Source: Podospora anserina
Taxonomy: Eukaryota
Assembly: GCA_017654855.1 (NCBI GenBank)
Contig: CM030332.1
Coordinates: 7,192,001-7,256,000, forward strand
DNA: 64,000 bases
Direction: 5' to 3'
The notes under the pieces were generated by a model that had not been told where the DNA came from, searched no databases, and saw only the letters and a program-made list of their open reading frames with translations. The translations under genes and the position numbers were made by a program. The stretch's first letter is position 1; each line of letters starts with the position of its first letter. Positions 1 to 11,431 of the stretch are shown piece after piece.

Positions 1-910
1 CCCAGATATCCCCAATGCAGCCTCTAGAAACAATTCGCCAAGGCAAAATCCCCGCACCGGACCGGTCAACGAGAATGCAGCATGAAGAAGCAAAATGGTG
101 GAGGCAGTCCTCACACAGATCCACACCGGTGAGGATCTATTGCAGAAGAGCATCCAGCAAAGGTCTCATAAGCTTAGAGACCGTCCAATGATAACCCATC
201 GGCTAACACTTGGATACCGTAGACATGCACCTCAATCCATTTTTGCCATGCATTTCGCCATCTCAGTTGTTCGCAAGCACGGCAAAAGCTTTGATGGAAC
301 CCAACAATCAGTCCTCTCAAGTGCCACCTCCGAAAGGGCGACACGACAGCTGTCATGATGCCTCTCTGGTTGTAAAGGGCAGGTTTGAACGGTTCAGGAG
401 CATATTCCCCGGCAGAATCCCTTCAAAGGCCTATCAAGTTCGATGCTCAGTTCCTCACGATCTCAGACTCCATGATATCTCGGAGAATCCTCTCCGAGAG
501 ATGTGCTCTTGAAGAACATAAACCCAATATAACCAAGGAGAAACTTCTCCGGAAACTCAACTTTGTAGGAGATAAGTCTCCGGAAACTGTGATCGAGTCG
601 ATGAATGACGATGGCCTCAGTAGGATGTACGAGGCATATTTCATGTCGTACGATCAGTTCTGCATCTTGATTCGTTGGCGGTCATCAACCAAGCCAGATG
701 GAAAGGGTATGCAACTCGTTGTTGAGTTTCTGTGGTTGAGATCCTTGTGCACCCATCACGTTGTACTGACCAATCAGCAAGCGGCTGGTCGACATGATAG
801 CACTGTGAGGCCATCCTGACAGTTTGTTTTTGATACCAGACTGACGGCAAAATGAAGGTACGTTTACGACAAAGCGAGCATACAATGACTTGCACACGAT
901 AGCATCAACA

Positions 911-954
911 TCCCATCAAAATCCCATCAAAATCCCATCAATTTCCCATCATTC
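911..954. repeat. 11-bp tandem repeat (TCCCATCAAAA) x4, last two copies degenerate
   Basis: tcccatcaaaa tcccatcaaaa tcccatcaatt tcccatcattc, read directly. Confidence 0.9.
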
Positions 955-3367
955 TCACCCAATGAACTTCTCACATGCACCAACGTGAGACTGTCGCCTA
1001 CACATGTCGTCCCACAGTGCTCACCCAGCCCCAGCTCTCTGGCCGAGACACTTGCGCAAAAATTGCTTCAGCATTTCTTGCGCGCGCAAAAATTCAGAGT
1101 TTGGGAAGTTTCGATTTTCTGCGCGCAAGAGTTGAAATTTTGCGCGCAGATTTAGGAGAGACAGGTCCGCAAGAATTGTGGCTCTTGCCATGAATTCTAC
1201 GATTGGAGAGAATACGCGAGTGCGAAAAAGACACAGACCAATAGCATCACCGCATCGCAACTGCTCCCTTGGCAGCCTGCACCCTGGGTGCATAAGTCAC
1301 CGCTGTGAAATGAAGATGTGGGGCACTGCGCAAGAATTCATGTTTTTGCGCGCAGAAATTCGACATCTTTTTTTCTGAGGGAACGAGAGCGTCATTTCTC
1401 TACAATCATGATTTTGGGCGTGACCCTCACCACCTCCGGACCACGCTTCTTCTGGGTCTGGTCCGGAGCGGCACCTCTTCGCCGCGAGAAGGGGGTCGCA
1501 CCCCCTTACCGCCGTCTTCAGACTGCTGTCGTGAATCCCGATGTCACTGCTCCGCCGTTTTATATTCAAAAGGACCCCCCAAAAAATACCTCTAACTGAG
1601 GATCCTTCAAATGAATCGACTCTGGCTTTGTCACCGCGGATAACACCACAAGCTTCCTGGCCTGCGCGATGGTGACAGTAGGAATGAGTATGAATGCATG
1701 TCGATCTTCCGGGCCACCGCGGGTGTCGTCGTCGAACATCCGGAGCGCTGTTCATCTTCACCAAACACATCGCGGGCAGCATCTGGAGCATCCATGCGCT
1801 GCTATGACCGCGTATATGAAACGTTGCGTCCCTGTCGTCTGTGCCTCCGGGGAATGAGATATATCGCGTCCGGATCTTCCCTCAGGTATCATCACCGCCC
1901 GCGTATATGGACTGTTGCTTCCGCAACTCTCTCCGGAAGCCAGTTGATGCCTCCTCGACGTCTTCGCCCCCGGGGACAAATATTGACCTCCGGATCCAAC
2001 CTGATGCTGTCGAAAATGTGTAAGTGATTGAGATGGGTTGTCGGAGGCCATAGCGGTTTCCGGGCCAAGCTGTATTATATAGAATGGGGCCTGCCACCGC
2101 ACTCAAGCATGAATACTTGCTTCCGTACCACACAGTTCAACCCGGGGAAGTTTGTGTCCTGTCCTTTGCGTGCCATCGCAGTCAATGCACGAAGTCGAGA
2201 TATCACGCCGGAAAGAATTCCGTCCCACACTTTCCCACCCTCAACACCACCGCTAGGATAACCCCAAAGGGGGCATCCGCGGAGAAGCAGTTCCCCATTC
2301 CGTGCCTTCCTCTCACATACATCCCATCAACCTACTTTGTCAAGTCCATGTCGAAGTGTTGTATCTTTCCGAGCCAACTCACCCAACCCATCTCGCAAAA
2401 AGTTCCCAAGATTCCTAACCCATACATTCCCTCGACTTTACTGAACATCCCGCAGGATGTGATGCCTCTTCTCCGCGGGGCTACCTGGACCTGTCCAGAG
2501 CTGTATTTCCTCGGAATCTAGACTCTTTTTCCGCGGAAACGTCTCCTTCCGGGGAGATGCTACAGTCTCGTCTTATCTGCAGTTTGAACCCGGCGACAAT
2601 GTTGCTGTTGCGGATGGGTGACTTGGTGCCCAAACTATACGGTACATATGCGAATATGTCACGATGCCTGACTGAAACCCCCCTCTCACCCATCTTCTCG
2701 CTTTCGTCATTCTCGTCATATCAAAGACCTTCGAAAACATCGCCGAGGTTGTCCACCGGCAGTTGGGTCTGAGAGGCCCAGCCCAACTCCTCCCTAAATC
2801 ACAGTGTCGAAGCACCTAGACCGCAAATATTCGCGATCGGGGACTCTGTTGAACGCTGCCCGGAGGGCGCGCGGACTTTGGACCCTCCGGTTATCGACGC
2901 TCTTTCTTTGCTGCTGCCCCATGGTCACTTGCAAATCATCATTCAGCCCAACAATTGCACAGCCGTCTAGTCAGAGCCGCCTCCCCCCAGTCCACGATTG
3001 CCAGTCTTGGGTACGACAGATAGCCCGCCTCAGCTCGCGGTCATTAATCCATTCCCAGCATCAAAGACCACAAGACAGTTTCACAGACATCTCGGACAAG
3101 AAGCACACGACTTCCCCGGGAACACCAGACTAACACTCACAACCACCACCCAGACATCATTGATCAGCTGCAAAAAGCAAATATCAATTCGCGCCCGAAC
3201 GCCTTCCGCGCGTGCTCGCGCTCCCTACCCCAAACGCCGGCGCTATACATGCGTATATCTACATGAGCAATCGAAATCTCAACCCGTAAAAACCGCCTGT
3301 CCACCGTCCCAGCTTCCCCAGTCCACCTCCGTTAAACCATTTCTGAATCATACAAACTCTCCCACTC

Positions 3368-5031
3368 TCAACGCTTCCCCTCGGGCGACTTTGGGCTTTT
3401 GGGCAAATACCGACTCTTGATCGCATGCCCGATGACGCTCATCCTGCTCCCGATGGTGCCGTCTTGCATTCGGCTCGCGAGGGCTTCTTCCAGGGCTGAC
3501 TGGGTGACTGAAGCGTCTATTGCACACACACGCACGATTGGTACCGGCTGAAAGAAAGGGTAGGTAGGCATCATGTAAAAACTCACCATCAAGATCACTA
3601 AAACTGCTCCCCATGCTGGGAGTGCCCGTGCCGTCGCTGCCCTCACGGGAAACCCCCTTTCCTTTCTCTCTCAGCTCGGCCGTTCTGCTTCTCGGGGATA
3701 GTGTCCCATGAATGTGATCTTGACCGGCAACAGGGTATCTACCCCCACCGGCTGCCAGGGCAGTTCCAGGACGGTGAACGATAGCCGCTGAACTAGCTGA
3801 TGAGTCGGATGTTTGGCTGAACTCGCCACCGCCGGTGACACCAACAGGGGCACCTCTCAGTGTAGCGCCCAAATCCATCTGTTGTTGATGTGGGGGCGGT
3901 AAGAACGCAGGCTCGGGTTCATCCTCGTCTTCTTCGGCAAGGCCGTCAAATCCAGCGCGGTGGTCGCCGTAAACGGAGAATCGGGGCGGACGTCGAATGA
4001 TACGGCTCTGGACGGGGGAGTCGTCAGAGTCCGATTCCTCTTCGCTTTCTGAGGCAGCTGGGCTGGCGGAGACAGAAGGCTGGGCGGCGCCGAAGGTGGA
4101 GGTGTCATCTTGATCTGTTCCTTCGCGCTGTTGATACGAGAAAGAAGACATGTAACGACCTGTAGATCGGGTGGAGGTGACAGAAGGGGCTGGTCTGATG
4201 CCGAGCTGGGTCTGGGTTGGGATAGTAGTGCCGGCGGATGAGTTGCGCGAGACGGCAGGGCGGAGAGGGATGGTGGTGGGCTTGGCTGCAGAAGGGCCGG
4301 CTCCGACGGTGGTGGCATACTCTGCGTCCTGTCTTGGGAGAGGAGCAGACGGAGTATCTTTGCGATCATTGCGCATAGAAAGAGAAGAAGGAGCTCTGCC
4401 ACTGGCCGAACCAGTGCGTCTCAGGGGCTCCGATATCTGAGGATAATGGGTGGTGTGGGAAGAAGGCTCGGCGCCGGGGATGGGTGAAGGAGCAGCAGAA
4501 CCTCTACCTGTGGCTGCCTTGAGCATCTGAGCGCGGATTTGGCTTGCATGGCGATCTGTGAGGTAGTTTGCCATCTGAATAAGGAAATCGACGGTCACCT
4601 CGAATTGTGAAGCTCTATAAGCACACAGTGTTAGTACACACTGAGGTCGTCCATCGACAAGGCAACATGCGGCTCTTACAGCTCGTTCCCTGCCTAGATG
4701 TTAGTAACATGCTTCAGATCAAAAGACACAAGAATGAACTGGCTTACAGTTGATATTTCCACCCGAGCGTGAGTTATCGGAGATGATACTCCAAAGCGCG
4801 TTCGACTTCTCTTCGTTCCAGTCCATCTATGCCGGCGTCAGTGAGTGAGTTCACAAGGCGGGCACAGTGCGAGCGCGTGCAACGTACCAGCGGCGGATCG
4901 ACGAAGTCGCCGCGCTTGATGGGCAAGCGAATGTAGAGCAGGTACTTGGGTTCCTGCGCCACGCTCGCCTGCCCCTTGGTTTCTTTGGGCTCTGGGGCCC
5001 GGCCCTCTCTCTGTCGTCGTTGCTCCTCCAT
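3368..5031 (-). CDS. ATG29: Autophagy-related protein 29; 5 exons: 5031-4888, 4826-4748, 4689-4680, 4614-3587, 3516-3368
   Basis: The spliced N-terminus EPKYLLYIRLPIKRGDFVDPPLMDWNEEKSNALWSII...WNELASQFEVTVDFLIQMANYL and C-terminus SMGSSFSDLDDASVTQSALEEAL match filamentous-fungal Atg29. All introns are GT-AG and the phases join in frame. Confidence 0.88.
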
Positions 5032-5745
5032 TTCTTGGGAGCTCGGGGAGGAACTGTTCTGGTGACTGTTCCTCGTGGTCTTCCTCTTCAAAGATGGTTT
5101 GCAGCCGCGCAGGTCGCTGAGGTTGGCGGCGGGCCGGGACGTTTTCAGCAGGCTCCCAGGCGCTGCTAGCGCCCCCAGTGGGCAGCCTGGGGAAACGCAG
5201 CTGGGGGCCTACAGGCGCCTCGTCGTTGGAGTGATCGGATGACATTTTGGTGGACCGTGCGTGGTGTTGCTGTCGTTGTCGGGGCGCTAGTCCTATATCC
5301 AATGTTATTGTTGCTTGGGAAAATCGGCTACAGCAATATTCCAGCAGATATTTACCTGGCCGAAAAAGTTCAAGTGGGGCCTGCAAATGCTGTTGTTCCA
5401 AGCGGGTCTGCTCTTTGCTATTCTTCTAACCGGATATGCCCCATGTACACCACAAACAGTGGCCCAAGCTCCCCTGGGGCTCCATCCTGTAGTTGCTGGG
5501 TAGACAACTTTGGTGACTTTTGGGGGCCAGATCAAGAATTGGGGTCCTGCAAGTCACTGAAAAAATCGCGTCGCCTTTTCTCGCAGCTTCGGAGAACAGG
5601 CTACAAAGGCTCAACCGGCCATTTCGCTTTGTGGTCACAGCATATTCGATTCTCACAGCAGCTCTCTTCCTTTGATTCCATTGGCTCCTGCCCTCCCTGC
5701 AAAACTTACTCAGCTGTCTTGCTCTCCCTGCGTTCGCCTGAAACC

Positions 5746-7146
5746 ATGGCCCCATTAATCCTACACAACGTGCCAGACGACGAGCTGTACGTAGGAGACG
5801 ACGGTATCAAGAGACCATATGCCATGGTCTTTCCACAGTCCGTATTTCACAACCATCTGCCACCCCCCTCCGCCGCGACTGACATGGAGGAAAACAGGCA
5901 GGATGGCTCGCTGAGAGCGAGGAAGGCAGTCAACGAGACAGGGTCGTTTGGAAAGTCGACGCGACGGGCGAGGTCGAAAACCGCGACGCCTGCGAGAAAG
6001 GAAGATCCAACCATAGCCGCTGCCGATAAGATCTTTAGCAACTGGATCGCGAACCAAGCCCCCATCAGCCAGGCCCCCGCGCCATCACAAAGCGACAGAG
6101 CTGCGCAGAACCAACGGCGTCCAAGTCTTCACCCATCGACTTCTCAGCAGAATCTCTCCCAAAACGACGAGAAGGTACCCCCAGAAGCCAAATTCATCAA
6201 GGCCAAAGAGCCAACCGAGGTCATACTGCGAGGGTACCGCTCCGCCCAACAGCAATATGCCGCCATCAACCACTACGAGCAGCTCGCAGGGAGAATATGC
6301 GAGGACTATTCGCGTGACCCCCCGGTGGAGAGCAGGCGATACAAGTCCGAACTCCGGGACCCAGCATTCGCCCGCCGGAAGGCCCTCACCCCAGAAGAAC
6401 GTGCCAAGGTTAATAAAGCCGACAGTGGGTTGCACTGGGTGAAGGTCACCTTCGAGTCCGCCGAGGCCGCCGAAGCAGCCATCTATGCCTCTCCCCAGAT
6501 TATCCTAGGTCACCAGGTCTTTGCCGAGCCATACACCGGCCTCCCACCTCCGCGCGACGAAGCCGTTCCCGACCCATCCATAGCCGCCGGCTTCGGCATC
6601 CAGCGCACCAACTCCGGCAGACGCCAGTCACAACAACAGCCCCGAGCTGGCACCGCGGCCGCCGCAGGCTTCAACCCAGCCTGGCTCAACCCCGACAGCT
6701 TCGACTCTGGGTTCTCCCACACCTCTAGTCACACAGCAGACACCGGCACAGCCGCCTCTACCGACTTTGAGACACAGCCTCTCTCTCGAACCGTCACACC
6801 GCCCAACCCATTCGCCTTTGACAATATCGTCGCCGAGCAACCCCGGCAACAGGATAAAGATGCGGATGATTTCTGCCGGCTGATCCCCGAAGTGAGGAAG
6901 GTTAAGCTCCTTCCCATGGAACAGGCTCTCCTGCCCGCCCCGTCGGTCGCCCAGCGGGTAGCACACTACGTTCCCTTCATCAGCTGGTTCAACGGCGCCA
7001 TGATCGGGACTCAGGTCCCACGAACCGAGCTTGGCGAGTTTGACTGGGTGGCTGCGAGTCTGTACTGGAAGTTTTTGTGGTGGTTGGATTTCTTGTTTGG
7101 GTTGTTTGGGGGTGATATCCGGAAGGCGGCAGACCAAGATGACTAA
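5746..7146 (+). CDS. NUP53: Nucleoporin Nup53/Nup35-like (RRM-like domain, amphipathic C-terminus); intron 5838-5897
   Basis: Starts [20 protein letters not shown] in ACCATGG context. Contains EVILRGY...[16 protein letters not shown]...HWVKVTFES (RRM-like) and a Trp-rich C-terminus. The intron reads GTCCGT...CTGAC...CAG. Confidence 0.78.
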   Translation: MAPLILHNVPDDELYVGDDGIKRPYAMVFPQSVFHNHLPPPSAATDMEENRQDGSLRARKAVNETGSFGKSTRRARSKTATPARKEDPTIAAADKIFSNWIANQAPISQAPAPSQSDRAAQNQRRPSLHPSTSQQNLSQNDEKVPPEAKFIKAKEPTEVILRGYRSAQQQYAAINHYEQLAGRICEDYSRDPPVESRRYKSELRDPAFARRKALTPEERAKVNKADSGLHWVKVTFESAEAAEAAIYASPQIILGHQVFAEPYTGLPPPRDEAVPDPSIAAGFGIQRTNSGRRQSQQQPRAGTAAAAGFNPAWLNPDSFDSGFSHTSSHTADTGTAASTDFETQPLSRTVTPPNPFAFDNIVAEQPRQQDKDADDFCRLIPEVRKVKLLPMEQALLPAPSVAQRVAHYVPFISWFNGAMIGTQVPRTELGEFDWVAASLYWKFLWWLDFLFGLFGGDIRKAADQDD

Positions 7147-7495
7147 GGAGGGAGAACAAAGGAGACAAAGAAGGAGACAGAGATTTTTTTTGGCATGGAT
7201 TAATGAGTTGATAGACTGAGCCCCTGTTGACACTTTTTTGCGGCGGAGTTGCATAAATAGGCAGGCGTTTAGGATTTGTTGTTGCAGGCAGTGGTTATTC
7301 GTAGTTTTAACTGTTTACACCTAGCGAGGGAAGGGGACAATTGTACAAAAATGAAATGGAGAGATTATGTGTCAAAAAACCAGTCTGGTAACAGTGTATT
7401 CGCTATGCTATTGTATGCAGTCAAAAAAAAAACAGCCTCATAGATACTTGTAAACAAACCCCCTATTCGTATCAACAACATCAAATAAGCGCCAT

Positions 7496-7497
<2 letters not shown>

Positions 7498-7531
<34 letters not shown>
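7498..7531. repeat. Poly(A) tract of 34 nt between the convergent NUP53 and IVY1-like 3' ends
   Basis: Read directly. Confidence 0.95.
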
Positions 7532-7532
<1 letters not shown>

Positions 7533-7649
7533 GTCTACACATATCGTCATGTTCTAAAAGGGGTATATCATGCCAATCCAATCTCTCTTTCTCTTTCTCT
7601 CGCTCATCCGCACACAGCATTCACACACCTTGATCACAACACTGGCACC

Positions 7650-9314
7650 TCAAGGCGAATTCCTTTCTGTGTCGGCCACACTCCAACTACTCTCCCCGCC
7701 CCCAACCCTCTCCTGGGGTTCGCCCAAACTCGTACTCACCAAACTCCTGTCCCTCAACAACAAGTTCCCCGTCTCGCTCGCCAAACTCGACGAGCTCCTC
7801 CTCTTCCTCAACCCCTCGTTCCTCCACGGATGCGCCTCTTCATCGTCGGTTTCCGTCTTGCCCTCGTCGTCATCCTTCTTCTCCATCCCCACCAGCCCCC
7901 CATCATGATCCACCTCCACACTCGTCCCCAACAACCTGTCCGGATTCATCCTCACATGCTGCGGCTGCGGACTAAAAGGTCTCACCCCCCTGCTCCGATT
8001 AAACTGCTGCCCTCCTTGCTGCGTCTCGGCAAAAACACTCCCTCCTTCCTCGTCCTTGTCCATGCCCCCCAACGAATCCAACCCCACCAAACCCGCCAAG
8101 CTCTGATACCTATCCCCCTGCTGTCCTTCCAGACCCCCTCCAGCAGAAATCAGCAAGCTGTCCCCCCTCACCCCCCTCACCGTCCCCCCTTCTCCCGAGC
8201 TATCATTCGCCAGTATTGACTTGGGAGGTAGTATACTGAACAGTTTACTCTCCCCCCCACCTCCCACCCCTCCACCCCCAAACTCCTTCCCCGGCGATCC
8301 CCCCATGACGTGCTCCCCCATCATCCCCCCCTCCCCCTCGTTAGCAAACAAATCCACCCCCCTCTCCAAAACCTCCTCCAGCCCACCCCCCGTCCACCCT
8401 TTGCGTGCCAAGCTCTCAAAGATGTCCACCTCTGCCCGCACAAGAGAGCAACTCGCCTCCACAATCCTCGCACTCGTCTCCTGACTTTCCCTCAGCAGCG
8501 TCCTCGCGTGTTCCCCGTGCAAGAACGTCAGCCCGTCTAGTTTGGTGGTCAGCTCGACAAGGTGGTTCCGAAACATGTTCACATCCCTCCTCTTCTGCCT
8601 GTGGAGTTTTAGTCCCTCCTTCTCAAGGCGGTTGATTTCCTTGCTTTGAACCGCCACGGCAGACGCATAGCTCTCCTCCTCGTCCTCGACCGCGCCCCGC
8701 CATTTATCCAGCTCGTGAAGCAGGGGCACTTCAAAAGAGCGGTAGACCGTCTCGGAGAGGATGTGCTTGTGGTTTGCGACCAGGTGCTGCAGACCAGCCA
8801 CCGTCAAGAGGGCGTCAGCCGTGCAGGCGTTTTTGCTCATGACGTTGCTGTTGAGGTTGAGCGGTGGGGGGTTGGCGTTGTTACTGCCTTGGGGGCCGCC
8901 ACCGGCGTGGAAAGAGCTGGAGAGCGAGCCGCCGACTGTGTTGCCGTTTGATAACAACCCTGGGTTGATCGGACCGAGCGGTTCGGCGCGGGCTTCTTTG
9001 AGGCGGGCGCATGCTTCGAGGGCGGAGCCGAAGGCGCTGGCGGCCGTGGACAGGGAAGCGAGGGCGAGGCGGTAGGCTTTGGCGGTTGTGAGCAAATCGG
9101 CGTAGGCAGTTTGGGAGCTTTCGAGGTCGGCTTTGGTGAGGACTGCGTGGGCTGGTCGGGGAGGGGGTGGTAAGGGGAGGTGGAACTGGGAGAGGGAGGG
9201 TTGGGCGGTGGAGGCGTAGGAGTAGGTTGGCGAGCCTGGGATGGGGGGAAGTTGGCTTGGGGAGGGGGAGGGTGGCCGTTGTGGCATCCCCGGGGGATGG
9301 GAGGAAGATTGCAT
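7650..9314 (-). CDS. IVY1: Ivy1-like phospholipid-binding I-BAR/IMD-domain protein
   Basis: 554-aa single ORF with VLTKADLESSQTAYADLLTTAKAYRLALASLSTAASAFGSALEACARLK, GLQHLVANHKHILSETVYRSFEVPLLHELD and LVRAEVDIFESLARKGW, typical of Ivy1 homologs. Confidence 0.75.
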   Translation of the reverse strand: MQSSSHPPGMPQRPPSPSPSQLPPIPGSPTYSYASTAQPSLSQFHLPLPPPPRPAHAVLTKADLESSQTAYADLLTTAKAYRLALASLSTAASAFGSALEACARLKEARAEPLGPINPGLLSNGNTVGGSLSSSFHAGGGPQGSNNANPPPLNLNSNVMSKNACTADALLTVAGLQHLVANHKHILSETVYRSFEVPLLHELDKWRGAVEDEEESYASAVAVQSKEINRLEKEGLKLHRQKRRDVNMFRNHLVELTTKLDGLTFLHGEHARTLLRESQETSARIVEASCSLVRAEVDIFESLARKGWTGGGLEEVLERGVDLFANEGEGGMMGEHVMGGSPGKEFGGGGVGGGGESKLFSILPPKSILANDSSGEGGTVRGVRGDSLLISAGGGLEGQQGDRYQSLAGLVGLDSLGGMDKDEEGGSVFAETQQGGQQFNRSRGVRPFSPQPQHVRMNPDRLLGTSVEVDHDGGLVGMEKKDDDEGKTETDDEEAHPWRNEGLRKRRSSSSLASETGNLLLRDRSLVSTSLGEPQERVGGGESSWSVADTERNSP

Positions 9315-10085
9315 GTTGAAGTTGGTCTCCTATCCCCGTATCATTCGCCGTTTTCCAAATTTTGCGCTTTGCTCTTGTTCCGTCCTTATGACAGTCACCA
9401 CGCAAGAGCTTTGTGGCTGCGGTGAAGGTGAGGGGTCGAATCAGGTGTTTATTTACTCGGGCACCTATTGGGGATGACGCCCGGGCGGGTTCCCGTCGAT
9501 CTTAGCGGATGGGAGTCTTCCCGGGGAAGAGGGGAAGATGGTAACGTAGGTGGGGCGGTGTGTTTCTTGAAGTTGAAAAGGTTGGTTTCTTTGATACAAT
9601 ACGGAAAGGTGTAATTATGGACAGATTTCTCAGAAGAAAAGACCAGAAATACAGATATGCGACAGCAGAAATCCCAAAGGAAATGACAAAAGTCGGAGAA
9701 AACAGCGCCAGCGATGTCGTCGTCAGAGATGTCAAAAGATTCAAGGCAACAAACGGCGCTGCCTCGAGTCGAGTACTGGACCAAAGTGGCTTACAGGGGT
9801 GGATTTGCTTGTGATGCGCGGCGGGCCAACAGCGGGGTCTCGTAGCGGTCAAGGGTCTGATAAGATAGCGGCCGTGGGGTTGCACAGACGTTGTGTCCGC
9901 TGCAGGATCATTCTTCAGATCGACACCACATCAAACATGTGGACATGTGCCTGCTGTTCTGAGCAGGTCTGGTGATGAGGCTGACGACTCCAACTTCATC
10001 AGATGGCCAACAAAGTTTTTGAAGCAGGTTTTTTTTCTTCTTAATACCTCTTTGCGCCGTGCCGGATACACTCAACATTTAATAA

Positions 10086-10935
10086 CTACAACTCAGGCTT
10101 CTCCTCCTTGCCCAAGGCAGGGAGTCTTTGCCTCAAAAAGGCCTCGACATCGTCCAGTTCCTCCAAGCACGCCGAGTGACCCATATCACTAATAAGACAG
10201 TTAGCTTTTCTCGACTCTTATGGGACAAAGGCGATGTGAGGCTCACGGGTAAATCTTCATCGTGGGCTTATACCCCATCTCCTTCAACAACTCATACGAC
10301 TTCTTGCCCAACTGTGTGTTCACCACCTGGTCCGAATCGCCATGAGCCATGAAGATGGGAGTGTCCTGGTTCACCTGAGGCTTTGGTACCAACTCGGCAA
10401 ACTTGAGGCTCAAGACCAGGTATGAAGACAAAGCAACAATGCCAGCCAGCTTCACCTTGGAGGTCAAGCCTGCAAAGATACTCATAGCGCCGCCCTGGGA
10501 GAAGCCACCGACAACGATCCGTTCCGCTGGAATGCCGGCATCAATCTCTCTCTGGATCAGGCCGTGAATGTAGGCCTGAGAGATCAAAATGCCCGCCTCA
10601 TCTTCGTTTTTTCGGAGGGATTCGGCGTTGCCGTCTATCGTGTGCTGTTTCTTCGGTCAGTAGGTGAAATGAAACTAGAGAGGGAGTGAAAGAGAACTAC
10701 ATACAATATCATACCATCCTGGCATCTTCATTCCCCAGTTGCAGGTGATTGGAATTTGAGGAGCATGAGGCAGGATGAACTTGACTTCATCGAGACGCTG
10801 CCGGCGACGCCAGTTCTCGACCGCCGAGGCCCAACCATGACCGGTGTCACCCAGGCCATGGATGAAAATGACCGTGGCCGTGTGCCTGGCTGTTGCAGGG
10901 AAGAGGAGGGGCGGTTGTCTAATGAGGGATGTCAT
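10086..10935 (-). CDS. Acyl-protein thioesterase 1 (alpha/beta hydrolase), 3 exons
   Basis: HGLGD oxyanion motif, GFSQG nucleophile elbow, HGDSD and GHS catalytic residues, MPGWYDI. The last exon ends ...GKEEKPEL-TAG at 10086. Confidence 0.92.
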
Positions 10936-11431
10936 CTTGTTGTTTGTTACTGGTGCTGTCGAAAAAGCGGACCCCGGATTTTTGTTCGTTGGGGCATCCC
11001 GTGTCGGAACAAGGTGGGGGGGGGGCTGTCCTCCATAACTCTTCTCTATGACTACTCGCTGCAAATATTGTTAGCGCATTCAATCAAATAATGGCCCGTG
11101 CCACGCCTGACAAGCCTTTTGTTTGCCCGCCTGTCAGATCAAATCCCAGACAACACTCCCGACTTGCGTGGCGTGATTCCTTCTCCACTCACAACGTCGT
11201 CTCTCCAGGATGCCGCTCGAAAAGGGAACTGTTGCTTACGAAATTTCGATGGATTCTTACCAAAGCCTTTGAAAGCGCGATGGGAGAGCGAGGTGCCGAA
11301 TGTGTAAACTAGATTACTGACGCTAAATTCTGTACACACTCAGTAAAACCTCACCCCCTACTTGTTTATGCAGCCTATATATATCTAGCCAGTTGTGTTC
11401 ACCCCAAGATCTGATAAGAAAGAAGCTCACC

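Noticed and set aside
1297..3340. Many overlapping 60-160 aa ORFs on both strands
   Set aside because: No recognisable motif, no transposase/RT/integrase signature, and no consistent splice model or terminal repeats
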